32,940 nucleotides of DNA from a virus. The stretch is taken from positions 1 through 32,940 of IMG/VR virus record IMGVR_UViG_3300012933_000178. One strand, given 5' to 3'. Below, piece by piece: positions 1-7,143 of the stretch; within the stretch, counting starts at the first letter, position 1, and every line of letters starts with the position of its first letter. Under the pieces are notes generated by a model, which had not been told where the DNA came from, did not search any database, and was given only the letters and a program-made list of their open reading frames with translations. The position numbers and the translations under genes are program-made.

Positions 1-48
1 CAGGTCAGCCGAAGCGTATCGCCAACAAGGTTTACGCAGACCGTATGG
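1..48. repeat. Terminal direct repeat, copy 1. It is an exact 48-nt duplicate of 32893-32940, which marks a circular or permuted assembly overlap.
   Basis: caggtcagccgaagcgtatcgccaacaaggtttacgcagaccgtatgg occurs identically at both window ends. The reading frame is continuous across the join. Confidence 0.95.
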
Positions 49-359
49 GCAACAGAGATGAAGCCAGCGGTGATGGGTTCCGTTTTTCTGGAAAAGGTTG
101 CATCCAGTTGACTGGGCATGCGAACTACTTTCACGCAAGCAAAGCGCTTGGTGTTGACTTCGTCATGGATCCAGAGCTGGTGGCCACACCAAAGTATGCA
201 GCGCTGACAGCTGGTTGGTTTTGGAGCACACACAAGTGCAACCAGCTTGCCGATGCCAGCAACTGGGTTGGGCTGACCAAGGTGATCAATGGTGGCACGA
301 TTGGTCTTGATGACCGCGTGCACCACATCAATCTTGCCTTGTCAGCCCTGTCTCACTGA
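1..359 (+). CDS. Endolysin, glycoside hydrolase family 19 (chitinase-like lysozyme). This is the C-terminal part; the gene continues from 32652-32940 across the circular junction.
   Basis: The frame is open from nt 3 (GQPKRIANKVYADRMG...) and matches the last residues of the ORF at the window end. GH19-like motifs are present: GFRFSGKGCIQLTGHANY and WFW...NGG. Stop TGA is at 357-359. Confidence 0.88.
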   Translation, partial: GQPKRIANKVYADRMGNRDEASGDGFRFSGKGCIQLTGHANYFHASKALGVDFVMDPELVATPKYAALTAGWFWSTHKCNQLADASNWVGLTKVINGGTIGLDDRVHHINLALSALSH

Positions 360-1381
360 GCTGCGCCGAGCGCTGCCAGACGCTTGGTATAGGCTGCAGT
401 ATGACGTACCCGCTTGACCGTATCAACCCGCTTGAGCGTGTCGTCGTTGCACTCCTTCAGCTCGCGCAAGATTGTCATGCGCTCACGGGCTGGACGCTTC
501 CCTGCCCTGGCCGTCTTGTCTGCCAGATCTTCGTAGGCGTCTTGCCATTCGTCTAGCGTCTGGTAATTGCTGTGTGGATGTGGCTTTCCTGGCACGTACA
601 AAGGGAAGCCAAGCGCAGGCGCAGGCTCATCTGGTGAGCTTGTCTCTTCGACAACTTGCGCAGGCTCAACCTTTGGCGTCATGTACACAAGTGCATCGTC
701 AACGTGTGAGATCTCTTCCTTGACTTCGACTGGTTCAATCACAGGCTCAATCACTTCAGCTGGCTCATGTTCAATGGCCACTGGTGCAGCCACCATGTCC
801 AGCGGGTTGCGCGGTGTGATGTCCTTGGCCTGCTTTGGCTTGGCTTCGTCTGGGTAGTCCTGCGCTTCCTCTGCGGTGATCAGACCCTTGAGCACGTCAG
901 GGAAGGCGTCACGCAGCGCAAAGCCACGGGCACGCATCTGCATCATGCGCTTGGGGTATGCAGTCCATGGGCCTTGCTTGCCCCACAGACCAGCTCGCTG
1001 CGCATCTTCGCGTGAGAACTTGGCCACCACTGGCTTGCGACCCTTGCGCTGCGCGACGCAGACGGCCACGGGGTTTGGTGTGCCTTCGCCTTCAAAATAT
1101 TCTTGGATGTCTTCGCACACGGGTGATGCCTGCACCAGCGCCATGGCAGCGTCACCGTACACAGACGGCTTGCCATTGATCACAGCGATGTTTTGCAATG
1201 CCTGCATGGGTGCCAGACCGATCTCATAGCCCCACTGCACACAGACCATGATGTCTTGTGGTTTGCCCTGGTACTGGCGTGGAACCATCGCGCTGTCGGC
1301 CAGCATCTTGCTGAACTCCATGGCTTCGGTGATTGTTGCTGGCGCGAAGCCTTGGCGATTAGTGGTGGTCAACTGTGTCAT
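353..1381 (-). CDS. recT: RecT/Redbeta-superfamily single-strand annealing protein (342 aa, with a long Pro/Glu-rich C-terminal extension).
   Basis: RecT-like core: NIAVINGKPSVYGDAAMAL, GLWGKQGPWTAYPKRMMQMRARGFALRDAFPDVLKGL. RBS AGAGGAAA lies upstream. It sits in an operon with a YqaJ exonuclease. Confidence 0.78.
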   Translation of the reverse strand: MTQLTTTNRQGFAPATITEAMEFSKMLADSAMVPRQYQGKPQDIMVCVQWGYEIGLAPMQALQNIAVINGKPSVYGDAAMALVQASPVCEDIQEYFEGEGTPNPVAVCVAQRKGRKPVVAKFSREDAQRAGLWGKQGPWTAYPKRMMQMRARGFALRDAFPDVLKGLITAEEAQDYPDEAKPKQAKDITPRNPLDMVAAPVAIEHEPAEVIEPVIEPVEVKEEISHVDDALVYMTPKVEPAQVVEETSSPDEPAPALGFPLYVPGKPHPHSNYQTLDEWQDAYEDLADKTARAGKRPARERMTILRELKECNDDTLKRVDTVKRVRHTAAYTKRLAALGAAQ

Positions 1382-1550
1382 GGATTTCCTCTTGTGTCAG
1401 GTAGTGTTGGAATGTGGTGAAGATCAATTCAGCCATGGCGTCAATGACTGCTTCGGCTTCGTGCTCTTCGATGTCTGGCACGACGTTGAGCATGGCCACG
1501 ACAGCTCGCTCATACGCCATGCGAATCGCTGGCTTGTCAGGTAGGTTCAT
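1359..1550 (-). CDS. Hypothetical acidic 63-aa protein between the exonuclease and the annealase.
   Basis: ATGA overlap with the exonuclease stop, and a 23-nt overlap with the recT start. The protein is acidic and predicted helical. No motif recognised. Confidence 0.5.
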   Translation of the reverse strand: MNLPDKPAIRMAYERAVVAMLNVVPDIEEHEAEAVIDAMAELIFTTFQHYLTQEEIHDTVDHH

Positions 1551-2506
1551 TGCTTCAGCTCCTTGATCGACAGGCTTGACTGGCGCACGCTGTAGGCTTC
1601 CTTGGCGGGAACTAGGCGCTCGGCTGTGGCTTTGTAGTTGCGCATCGGCCAGCTGATAACGTAGTTTCCAGCGCGACCACGCTCTGCCTGGCCAAGTCGC
1701 TGTTTGATCAGCTTCTCTGCCTGTTCAATGCCAGCTTCTGCTGCCCTGATCGCGGCCTTGTTGTTGACAATCGCTTGCGCCATGTCTTCGATGTTGCTGT
1801 CCAGCTCAATCTCTTCCTTGTCTGCAGCCGATGGGTAGATGCGATCCAGCTCACGGCTGCTGGCGGGGGGATACCAGTCAATCTCCCCTGTCTCTTTGTA
1901 CTTCAGCAGTTTGGTTTCAAACTGTTTGACTGCTTCAAAGATGGCCTGTTGTGTCTGCTTGTGTGGTGCAAACAAGAAGATGCGCAGCTCAATGCCCTGG
2001 TACAGCACGCACACCGCGCCCCACTTGTGGCCAGTCACCAGCATCTGACCCTGCAGCTGGATCGGGCCACGCGCCAGGTGCGGCACATCTTCTGGCATGG
2101 TCTTGGTGAGCTTGGCTTCCAGCACGCCTGGGCCATCCAATGTGATGGCATCCTGGCCAACCACATACACACCCAGGTCTGGATCAGTCACCCAGATCTG
2201 GCCATCGGCGTAGCCAATGCCATCCAAGCTGCACTGCAGCGAGGTTTGATCATGGAAGTATGGGACATTAATGTCTGTGTCAAAGTCGGTCAGACCCAGG
2301 CGCTTCGCTGCCTGCTCCAAGATAACTGGCTCAAGCGTGTTGCCCCATGCCATGGCTTCGTTGCCGATGTCTGGGCGCTCTTTGCCGTCGATGGCATTGA
2401 TGCTGAATTGCAGCTCGTCGTTTGGCGTGCTGTACTTGCTGAAACCCATAAGGCCAGGCAAGCGAGATGCGCTCATCTCTTTGTCGTCGGTAAGTTTTCC
2501 AGCCAT
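1547..2506 (-). CDS. YqaJ-like PD-(D/E)XK recombination exonuclease (319 aa).
   Basis: YqaJ motifs: SASRLPGLMG..YSTP, AMAWGNTLEP, SLDG, VLEAKLTK, QLQGQMLVTG. AAGGAG RBS. Paired with RecT. Confidence 0.82.
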   Translation of the reverse strand: MAGKLTDDKEMSASRLPGLMGFSKYSTPNDELQFSINAIDGKERPDIGNEAMAWGNTLEPVILEQAAKRLGLTDFDTDINVPYFHDQTSLQCSLDGIGYADGQIWVTDPDLGVYVVGQDAITLDGPGVLEAKLTKTMPEDVPHLARGPIQLQGQMLVTGHKWGAVCVLYQGIELRIFLFAPHKQTQQAIFEAVKQFETKLLKYKETGEIDWYPPASSRELDRIYPSAADKEEIELDSNIEDMAQAIVNNKAAIRAAEAGIEQAEKLIKQRLGQAERGRAGNYVISWPMRNYKATAERLVPAKEAYSVRQSSLSIKELKQ

Positions 2507-2809
2507 TTAAATCTCCTTGTTGGCGATGGTGTAAACGCGCACCACACGGGCGTGTGCTGCAGGGTGTGTGGCTTCTGTGAAGCCGATTGGTTTGAACTGC
2601 TTGCCTTTGAACACAGCTCCAAAGACAGACGGTGACTTGCCGTATGGCACAGCGACACGCTCGCGCACATCGTTGATCGACACAGATCCTTGTTGTTGCG
2701 CAATAGCAACAGCGATGCTGCGGCAGTGTGCCAAGAACTCTTCGTCCCTGACTTCAAAGAAGTCGAGCTGACTGTCGCGCAGCTTGCGGCCAACTTCAAC
2801 GGGGTGCAT
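2507..2809 (-). CDS. Hypothetical protein (100 aa from ATG 2809; a TTG at 2827 is possible).
   Basis: Its start overlaps the upstream ORF by 14 nt. Its stop TAA abuts the exonuclease start. No motif recognised. Confidence 0.55.
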   Translation of the reverse strand: MHPVEVGRKLRDSQLDFFEVRDEEFLAHCRSIAVAIAQQQGSVSINDVRERVAVPYGKSPSVFGAVFKGKQFKPIGFTEATHPAAHARVVRVYTIANKEI

Positions 2810-3014
2810 AGGCCACCACCAGTGCAAGTGCGATCACGAAGAGAACCAGGCCAACGTAGCGCTTCATCTCGCGCTCTGGCTTGTTGTTGTACAGGCCAAG
2901 CAGCGCATCTTGCAGGCGCTCTTCGTCTGCTGACTGCAGGCGTGGACGCTGTGGCTCATAGGCCAGGCCGATCTTGACCTTGCCTGTGTCGTAGGGTGGC
3001 ATCTTGCTGTTCAT
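2796..3014 (-). CDS. Hypothetical tail-anchored membrane protein (72 aa).
   Basis: C-terminal hydrophobic helix YVGLVLFVIALALVVAY. The start ATG overlaps the stop of the upstream micro-ORF (TAATG). Confidence 0.55.
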   Translation of the reverse strand: MNSKMPPYDTGKVKIGLAYEPQRPRLQSADEERLQDALLGLYNNKPEREMKRYVGLVLFVIALALVVAYAPR

Positions 3015-3106
3015 TAGATGATCCCTCCAATGGCAACGATCATCACAATGCAGATCACAAAACAGACTGCAACTTCGATCTTCTCGCGGGTGGTTTCTTC
3101 TTTCAT
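3014..3106 (-). CDS. Micro-ORF encoding a 30-aa single-TMD peptide (MKEETTREKIEVAVCFVICIVMIVAIGGII).
   Basis: It is below the ORF-track cutoff and was found by hand translation. GGAGAG RBS lies 5 nt upstream. TAATG coupling links it to the next gene. Confidence 0.4.
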   Translation of the reverse strand: MKEETTREKIEVAVCFVICIVMIVAIGGII

Positions 3107-3129
3107 CTTGCTCTCCTGTGGTGGTTGGT

Positions 3130-3783
3130 TTAGTGGATTTTTTTCATCAAGTTGCTGACCTGGCTGACGCCCCAGGCAAAGTTGCCACGGGGTGTCTCAA
3201 TGCCACGGTCTGTCAGCTCGGCAGCGATCTCGCGCAAGGTCTTCGCGCCAGTCTTTGCAATGATGTCGCGCACGATAGGCTCGACGCGCTGGATGTAGGC
3301 GTCAGCATTGGCCTGGATGCGCTCAATGCCAGCCTTGCTGCCTGCCATGGGTGTTGGGCTACCCAAGCGTGTGCCGCGTGCCTTGGCCATGGCCAGAGCA
3401 GCCTTGGTGCGCTCGCTGATCTTGCGTGCTTCCCATTCAGCAAACACAGCAGACATCTGCAGGAAGGTGCGGTCAGCTTCTGGCATGTCAGCGCAGACGA
3501 AGGGCACGCCAGACTCAAGCAGGCCAGAGATGAAGTGGACATTGCGTGCCAGGCGGTCGAGCTTTGCAATCACAAGGACAGCCTTTGTACGCTTGGCCAG
3601 GCTCATGGCGTGAGCCAGCTGCACGCGGTCTGACTTGCGGCCAGACTCAACTTCGGTGAACTCGGCCACCAGCTCTTGGTCGCCAACGTGCTGGGCAACA
3701 GCTGCGCGCTGTGCATCAAGGCCAAGACCTGAATGGCCCTGGCGGTCTGTTGATACGCGGAAGTAAGCTACAAACTTTGTCAT
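3130..3783 (-). CDS. Small serine recombinase (resolvase/invertase family, 217 aa) with a C-terminal HTH.
   Basis: N-terminus MTKFVAYFRVSTDRQ contains the catalytic Ser motif. Also present: VIAKLDRLARN, AEWEARKISERTKAAL, and the C-terminal REIAAELTDRGIETPRG. AAGGTGA RBS precedes ATG 3783; the longer ORF-track start at 3831 is unlikely. Confidence 0.88.
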   Translation of the reverse strand: MTKFVAYFRVSTDRQGHSGLGLDAQRAAVAQHVGDQELVAEFTEVESGRKSDRVQLAHAMSLAKRTKAVLVIAKLDRLARNVHFISGLLESGVPFVCADMPEADRTFLQMSAVFAEWEARKISERTKAALAMAKARGTRLGSPTPMAGSKAGIERIQANADAYIQRVEPIVRDIIAKTGAKTLREIAAELTDRGIETPRGNFAWGVSQVSNLMKKIH

Positions 3784-3793
3784 GGCCATCACC

Positions 3794-4000
3794 TTAAGCT
3801 GCAAAAGCCAAACGCTCAAGATAAGCGTCACGACCAGCGATCAATGTGCGATGCGCCCAAGCGTGAGCTGCGCCGAATTGTGTGAACTCTGCAGCAATGC
3901 GGCCATCAATCCAAACCAGGTAGTGGTTCTTGCGAAAGTGCTCGACCTTGATGGTGAAACCTGTGGCCTTGCTGGTAAGTGTTGTGATTTTGGTAGTCAT
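3794..4000 (-). CDS. Hypothetical protein (68 aa), first gene of the leftward operon.
   Basis: Strong AAGGAG RBS, and a sigma70-like promoter candidate immediately upstream on the minus strand. Confidence 0.6.
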   Translation of the reverse strand: MTTKITTLTSKATGFTIKVEHFRKNHYLVWIDGRIAAEFTQFGAAHAWAHRTLIAGRDAYLERLAFAA

Positions 4001-4176
4001 GTTTGCAACTCCTTGAGCGTCATCTGCTCGTTGAACATGACTGCAGTGTAGCGCAATTTGTATATCGCTTTCAACATCTGCATAAAATAATTTTTAATCG
4101 ACAACTCCTGGCCGATTGAAATATTTAATGATGCTTCTGACGCAAAGTGATACCAGTGTGCGATACAGTCTGCCGC
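4001..4176. promoter_or_regulatory. AT-rich divergent promoter/operator region between the leftward and rightward early operons.
   Basis: Leftward candidate: TTGAAA (plus-strand coordinates 4069-4074), 18 nt, TACACT (4045-4050). Rightward candidate: TTCAAC (4070-4075), 17 nt, TTTAAT (4093-4098). CAACTCCT is repeated at 4006-4013 and 4103-4110. This is one of the two most AT-rich stretches seen by eye, the other being the ori-like tract at about 7841-7905. Confidence 0.45.
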
Positions 4177-4368
4177 ATGACTACCAAAACCACACCCTTT
4201 TTGATCAGGCTTCGGCCTGCTACCCGCGCCCTGCTTGATGCAGCGGCAGAAGATCAACGACGCAGCCGCGCCAGCATCGTGGACGAGCTTGTGCGTGAAG
4301 CACTGAGCCAGCGATATGGCCAGCTGCAGCCACGCCTGCAGCGATTCTTGGGAGGCATCAAGCAATGA
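4177..4368 (+). CDS. Ribbon-helix-helix (Arc/CopG-like) DNA-binding protein, 63 aa.
   Basis: The pattern FLIRLRPATRALLDAAAEDQRRSRASIVDELVREAL fits a beta-strand, helix, helix RHH fold. No SD precedes ATG 4177 or GTG 4147, so the mRNA may be leaderless. ATGA overlap with the next gene. Confidence 0.62.
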   Translation: MTTKTTPFLIRLRPATRALLDAAAEDQRRSRASIVDELVREALSQRYGQLQPRLQRFLGGIKQ

Positions 4369-4880
4369 AGCCCATCACCAGGTACACAGTCGAAAGCCTG
4401 CGAGCTCGCACCATCGAAGTTGGTGAGTGCTGGGAGTGGCAGGGCTACAGCGCGCACGGCACGCCACAAGTCTTCAGCCCGTCTGGTAACCCAAAGCGCC
4501 GCATGGTGTCTGTGCGTCGCCTGTTCCGCGAGCTGATTACTGGCCAAGAACAGCCTGATGGCTTCTATTCTGTGAGCTGCGGCAATGTGGAGTGCGTCAA
4601 CCCTGATCACACCCTGTATCGCACGCAGAAGCTGCACTTCAAAGCCATGGGCAAGAAGGTCGGCGACAGCCCCGTGCGCTCGCTGAAGCTGAGTCAGTAC
4701 CACCGAACCAATGGCAAGGCCAAGCTGTCTGAGTCCAAAGCCCAAGAGATCCGCTTGAGCAACGAGTCTGGCCCAGTGCTGGCCGAGCGCTATGGCGTCA
4801 ACAAGTCGTTGATCAGCCGCGTGCGTCGCGGTGAGATCTGGAAATGCTTAACCAATCCATTCAGGGGGCTGATCAAGTGA
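4365..4880 (+). CDS. HNH_3-like (CWEWxG-type) zinc-ribbon protein with a C-terminal HTH; possibly catalytically degenerate.
   Basis: ECWEWQG ... SCGNVECVNPDH matches the HNH_3 scaffold, but the usual H-x-C-D-N histidine is absent (VSCGN). The C-terminal LSESKAQEIRL...VLAERYGVNKSLISRVRRGEIW is HTH-like. GGAGG RBS. Confidence 0.62.
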   Translation: MKPITRYTVESLRARTIEVGECWEWQGYSAHGTPQVFSPSGNPKRRMVSVRRLFRELITGQEQPDGFYSVSCGNVECVNPDHTLYRTQKLHFKAMGKKVGDSPVRSLKLSQYHRTNGKAKLSESKAQEIRLSNESGPVLAERYGVNKSLISRVRRGEIWKCLTNPFRGLIK

Positions 4881-5050
4881 CACAACAAGAAGCAAACAAA
4901 CTGCTGGACATGCGGCGCGATGGCATGGAGATGCCGATTGACGTGATCACCGAGGCGCTGGCGCTGACTGACGACCTGTCAATGGTCGAGCCACCATCGC
5001 CATCGCTTGAGCTGTACGTGCAGACGCTGCGCGAGAAGGGCATCCTATGA
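4877..5050 (+). CDS. Hypothetical protein (57 aa from GTG 4877; an ATG at 4844 is also possible).
   Basis: GTGA overlap with the upstream stop and ATGA overlap with the downstream RuvC-like gene. Confidence 0.45.
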   Translation: MTQQEANKLLDMRRDGMEMPIDVITEALALTDDLSMVEPPSPSLELYVQTLREKGIL

Positions 5051-5511
5051 TTGAAACGATCCTGACGCTCGACCTGGGCACCACCACTGGTTGGGCCTGC
5101 AAGACTGAAGACAGCACGATCACCCACGGCTGGGTGTCGCTCAAGACTGGCCGCTTTGAGGGCGGTGGCATGCGTTACCTGCGCTTCAAGCAATGGCTGA
5201 CACAGATCAAAGGCCAAGTCGGTGAGATCCATGTGGTGTACTTTGAAGAGGTGCGCCGTCACCAGGGTGTTGACGCAGCTCACGTCTACGGTGGACTGAT
5301 GGCCACGCTGACAGCCTGGTGCGAGCACCACAAGATCCCTTACGGTGGCGTGCCAGTCGGCACAATCAAGCTGCATGCCACGGGCAAGGGCAATGCTGGC
5401 AAGCAGCAGATGGTAGAAGCCATGCAGCTCAAGGGCCACCCAGTCACGGATGACAACGAAGCCGATGCGCTGGCCATCCTGCACTGGGCATTGGAGAAGC
5501 ACAATGCTTGA
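5047..5511 (+). CDS. RuvC-like Holliday junction resolvase (154 aa).
   Basis: Acidic catalytic motifs in RuvC order: LDLGTTTGWA, YFEEV, TDDNEADALAI. Confidence 0.82.
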   Translation: MIETILTLDLGTTTGWACKTEDSTITHGWVSLKTGRFEGGGMRYLRFKQWLTQIKGQVGEIHVVYFEEVRRHQGVDAAHVYGGLMATLTAWCEHHKIPYGGVPVGTIKLHATGKGNAGKQQMVEAMQLKGHPVTDDNEADALAILHWALEKHNA

Positions 5512-5611
5512 GAACGTTTTTACTTTGGTGGCCTTGATTGGCCTTGGATGTGTGATTGTCGGCGCTGTATGTGTTGCGCTGGCTGCAATTTGGAGTGCAA
5601 GCAATGATTGA
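5504..5611 (+). CDS. Micro-ORF encoding a 35-aa single-TMD peptide (MLENVFTLVALIGLGCVIVGAVCVALAAIWSASND).
   Basis: Found by hand translation. GGAG lies 7 nt upstream. It overlaps the RuvC stop and the next start (ATGATTGA). Confidence 0.42.
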   Translation: MLENVFTLVALIGLGCVIVGAVCVALAAIWSASND

Positions 5612-5834
5612 TGGAACAAAAGACTATGTGGTGAGCTACCGCGACGAGACGGGCACCATCGTGCACAGCGAGAACGCCAACGGCGAGATCCGTGAGATGC
5701 AGACCCAGATCTTGAAGCTGCGCCAGGCGCTGCAGATTGAGATGGAGAAGGTCGAAGACCTGCGCGAGCTGCTTGACCAGACCCGCAAGCTGGTGCTTGA
5801 GCAGGATCGCAAGATCTTGATGGGGTTGGCATGA
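5604..5834 (+). CDS. Hypothetical coiled-coil protein (76 aa).
   Basis: GGAG lies 8 nt upstream of ATG 5604. The C-terminal half is heptad-like (EMQTQILKLRQALQIEMEKVEDLRELL). Confidence 0.55.
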   Translation: MIDGTKDYVVSYRDETGTIVHSENANGEIREMQTQILKLRQALQIEMEKVEDLRELLDQTRKLVLEQDRKILMGLA

Positions 5835-6307
5835 CCCGCAAGAAGTACAAGCCCAAGGGCGTGCGCCTTGATGTGATGGCATGGGTCAAGTCAGGGATGC
5901 TGCCGATCAACAAGGTTGACCACGCTGGTGTGACGCTGAAGATCAAGAACCACGCAGCGCTGGCCAGCATCACCAAAGGCACTGGCACACGCGATGACAT
6001 CGACATCGTGATCGCGGCCATGAACATCACAGAAGCGCTGGCGCTGCTGGGCAAAGGCAAGGACTGGCACGCAGAGATCCGTGAGGCTCAAGAGGCCATT
6101 CTGCAGATGGGCAGGCGTGGCCTGGCCAATGGTGATCGCTTCCTGTTCACTGGCCCTGAGATGCAGGCAGTCAACCTGGCCATGGACGTGCATGACGCCC
6201 AGCTGGATGAGTGCACGGTGGCCGAGCTCGAACGTGCGCTGAAGCTGGTCGAGAACGAGATCAAGCACAAGCGTGCGCGGATGATCAAGGAAGAGGCAGC
6301 GGCATGA
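5831..6307 (+). CDS. Hypothetical protein (158 aa).
   Basis: ATGA overlaps on both sides and coding-like composition. No motif recognised. Confidence 0.6.
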   Translation: MTRKKYKPKGVRLDVMAWVKSGMLPINKVDHAGVTLKIKNHAALASITKGTGTRDDIDIVIAAMNITEALALLGKGKDWHAEIREAQEAILQMGRRGLANGDRFLFTGPEMQAVNLAMDVHDAQLDECTVAELERALKLVENEIKHKRARMIKEEAAA

Positions 6308-6555
6308 CCAAAGAAGTAATAAGAGAGATGTATCAACTGTTGTTGACAGAGCCTCATGCTCCAACAGTCTGCGCAAAACTTGAGCGAATTGCCCGTGATG
6401 CCTTGGCGCGTCCAGAGCAGGAGCCTGAAGAGGACGACGAAGACCCGATTTGCAGCTGGTGCAACGGATGCGGTGAAGGGATGTATGACGGCTCGCGCTG
6501 CGGAAAGTGCAAAGGCACTGGCGTTGAGCCTGTTGAGAAAGAGAGTGACGTATGA
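6304..6555 (+). CDS. Small protein with a DnaJ-type CxxCxGxG zinc finger (83 aa).
   Basis: CSWCNGCGEG...CGKCKGTG gives two CxxCxGxG units. An acidic linker EQEPEEDDEDP precedes them. Start is at the ATGA overlap (6304). Confidence 0.6.
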   Translation: MTKEVIREMYQLLLTEPHAPTVCAKLERIARDALARPEQEPEEDDEDPICSWCNGCGEGMYDGSRCGKCKGTGVEPVEKESDV

Positions 6556-6866
6556 CAAGGGAAGACATCATCAAGCTGGCAAACGATGCCGAGCTTTGCC
6601 AGACGATTTGGATTGAGGAAGACTGCATTGAGCTTGATTCGGTAATCCGATTCGCCAAGCTGGTCGCAGCTGCAGCCTTTCCAGATGGCGTTGACGCTGA
6701 GTGGGTGGCAAGGCGCACAAAGTACGCCGTTGAGCAAGAGCGTGAGGCTTGCGCGAAGGTGTGTGGCAAGTTTGCAGATGAGTCACTGGTATGTGGCGAT
6801 GAAGATGCGGTGATGTGTTTTGAGCAAGCGGAAGACGAAATCCGCGCAAGGGGAAACCAATGCTGA
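6552..6866 (+). CDS. Hypothetical acidic Cys-rich protein (104 aa); paralog of 9180-9419.
   Basis: Shares these with the 9180 ORF: MT(R/K)..(I/V)IKLAND, IWI(E/D)(E/D), FA.LVAAA, EREACA, EIRARG. A 16-nt identical stretch ctggtcgcagctgcag occurs at 6660-6675 and 9288-9303. Confidence 0.65.
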   Translation: MTREDIIKLANDAELCQTIWIEEDCIELDSVIRFAKLVAAAAFPDGVDAEWVARRTKYAVEQEREACAKVCGKFADESLVCGDEDAVMCFEQAEDEIRARGNQC

Positions 6867-6909
6867 CCATCGCCCTGCTCTGCTGGGCCATTGACTTGGT
6901 GTGGTTTGA

Positions 6910-7143
6910 ATGAAGCTGACCAAGCCGACATTCAAGGCCACCAGCAACCGACCAAGCCCAAGCATGAGCGCCCTACTCCAAGCCGAAGCCCGTGAGCTGC
7001 TGACCACATGGGAAGTGATCAAGGACAAGGCGCTGATTGAGCGCCACCTGGCCAAGATGGACAAGAAGTACAAACCAGGCGCTGAAGCCGCAATCAGGCA
7101 GTGGATGCACTGGATCAAGAAACATGAACGCACTACCGAATAA
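6910..7143 (+). CDS. Hypothetical protein (77 aa).
   Basis: ORF with coding-like composition. Its 3' end overlaps the start of the initiator gene by 20 nt. Confidence 0.5.
   Translation: MKLTKPTFKATSNRPSPSMSALLQAEARELLTTWEVIKDKALIERHLAKMDKKYKPGAEAAIRQWMHWIKKHERTTE

Noticed and set aside
1775-2635. 286-aa plus-strand ORF.
   Set aside because: It is antisense to the YqaJ exonuclease gene, which has clear catalytic motifs.
3997-4365. 122-aa minus-strand ORF spanning the divergent promoter region.
   Set aside because: It runs antisense through the RHH gene and the AT-rich promoter region, and has no convincing RBS at a suitable distance.
4873-6060. 395-aa ORF on the minus strand.
   Set aside because: It is antisense to a tightly coupled string of plus-strand genes with good RBSs and recognisable products such as RuvC. 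Its translation is Ser/Arg/Ala/Pro-rich low complexity, typical of a shadow ORF in GC-rich DNA.
5891-6931. 346-aa ORF on the minus strand.
   Set aside because: Same reasoning: it is a shadow of plus-strand genes 5831-6866, has no RBS and has an implausible S/A/R/H-rich composition.
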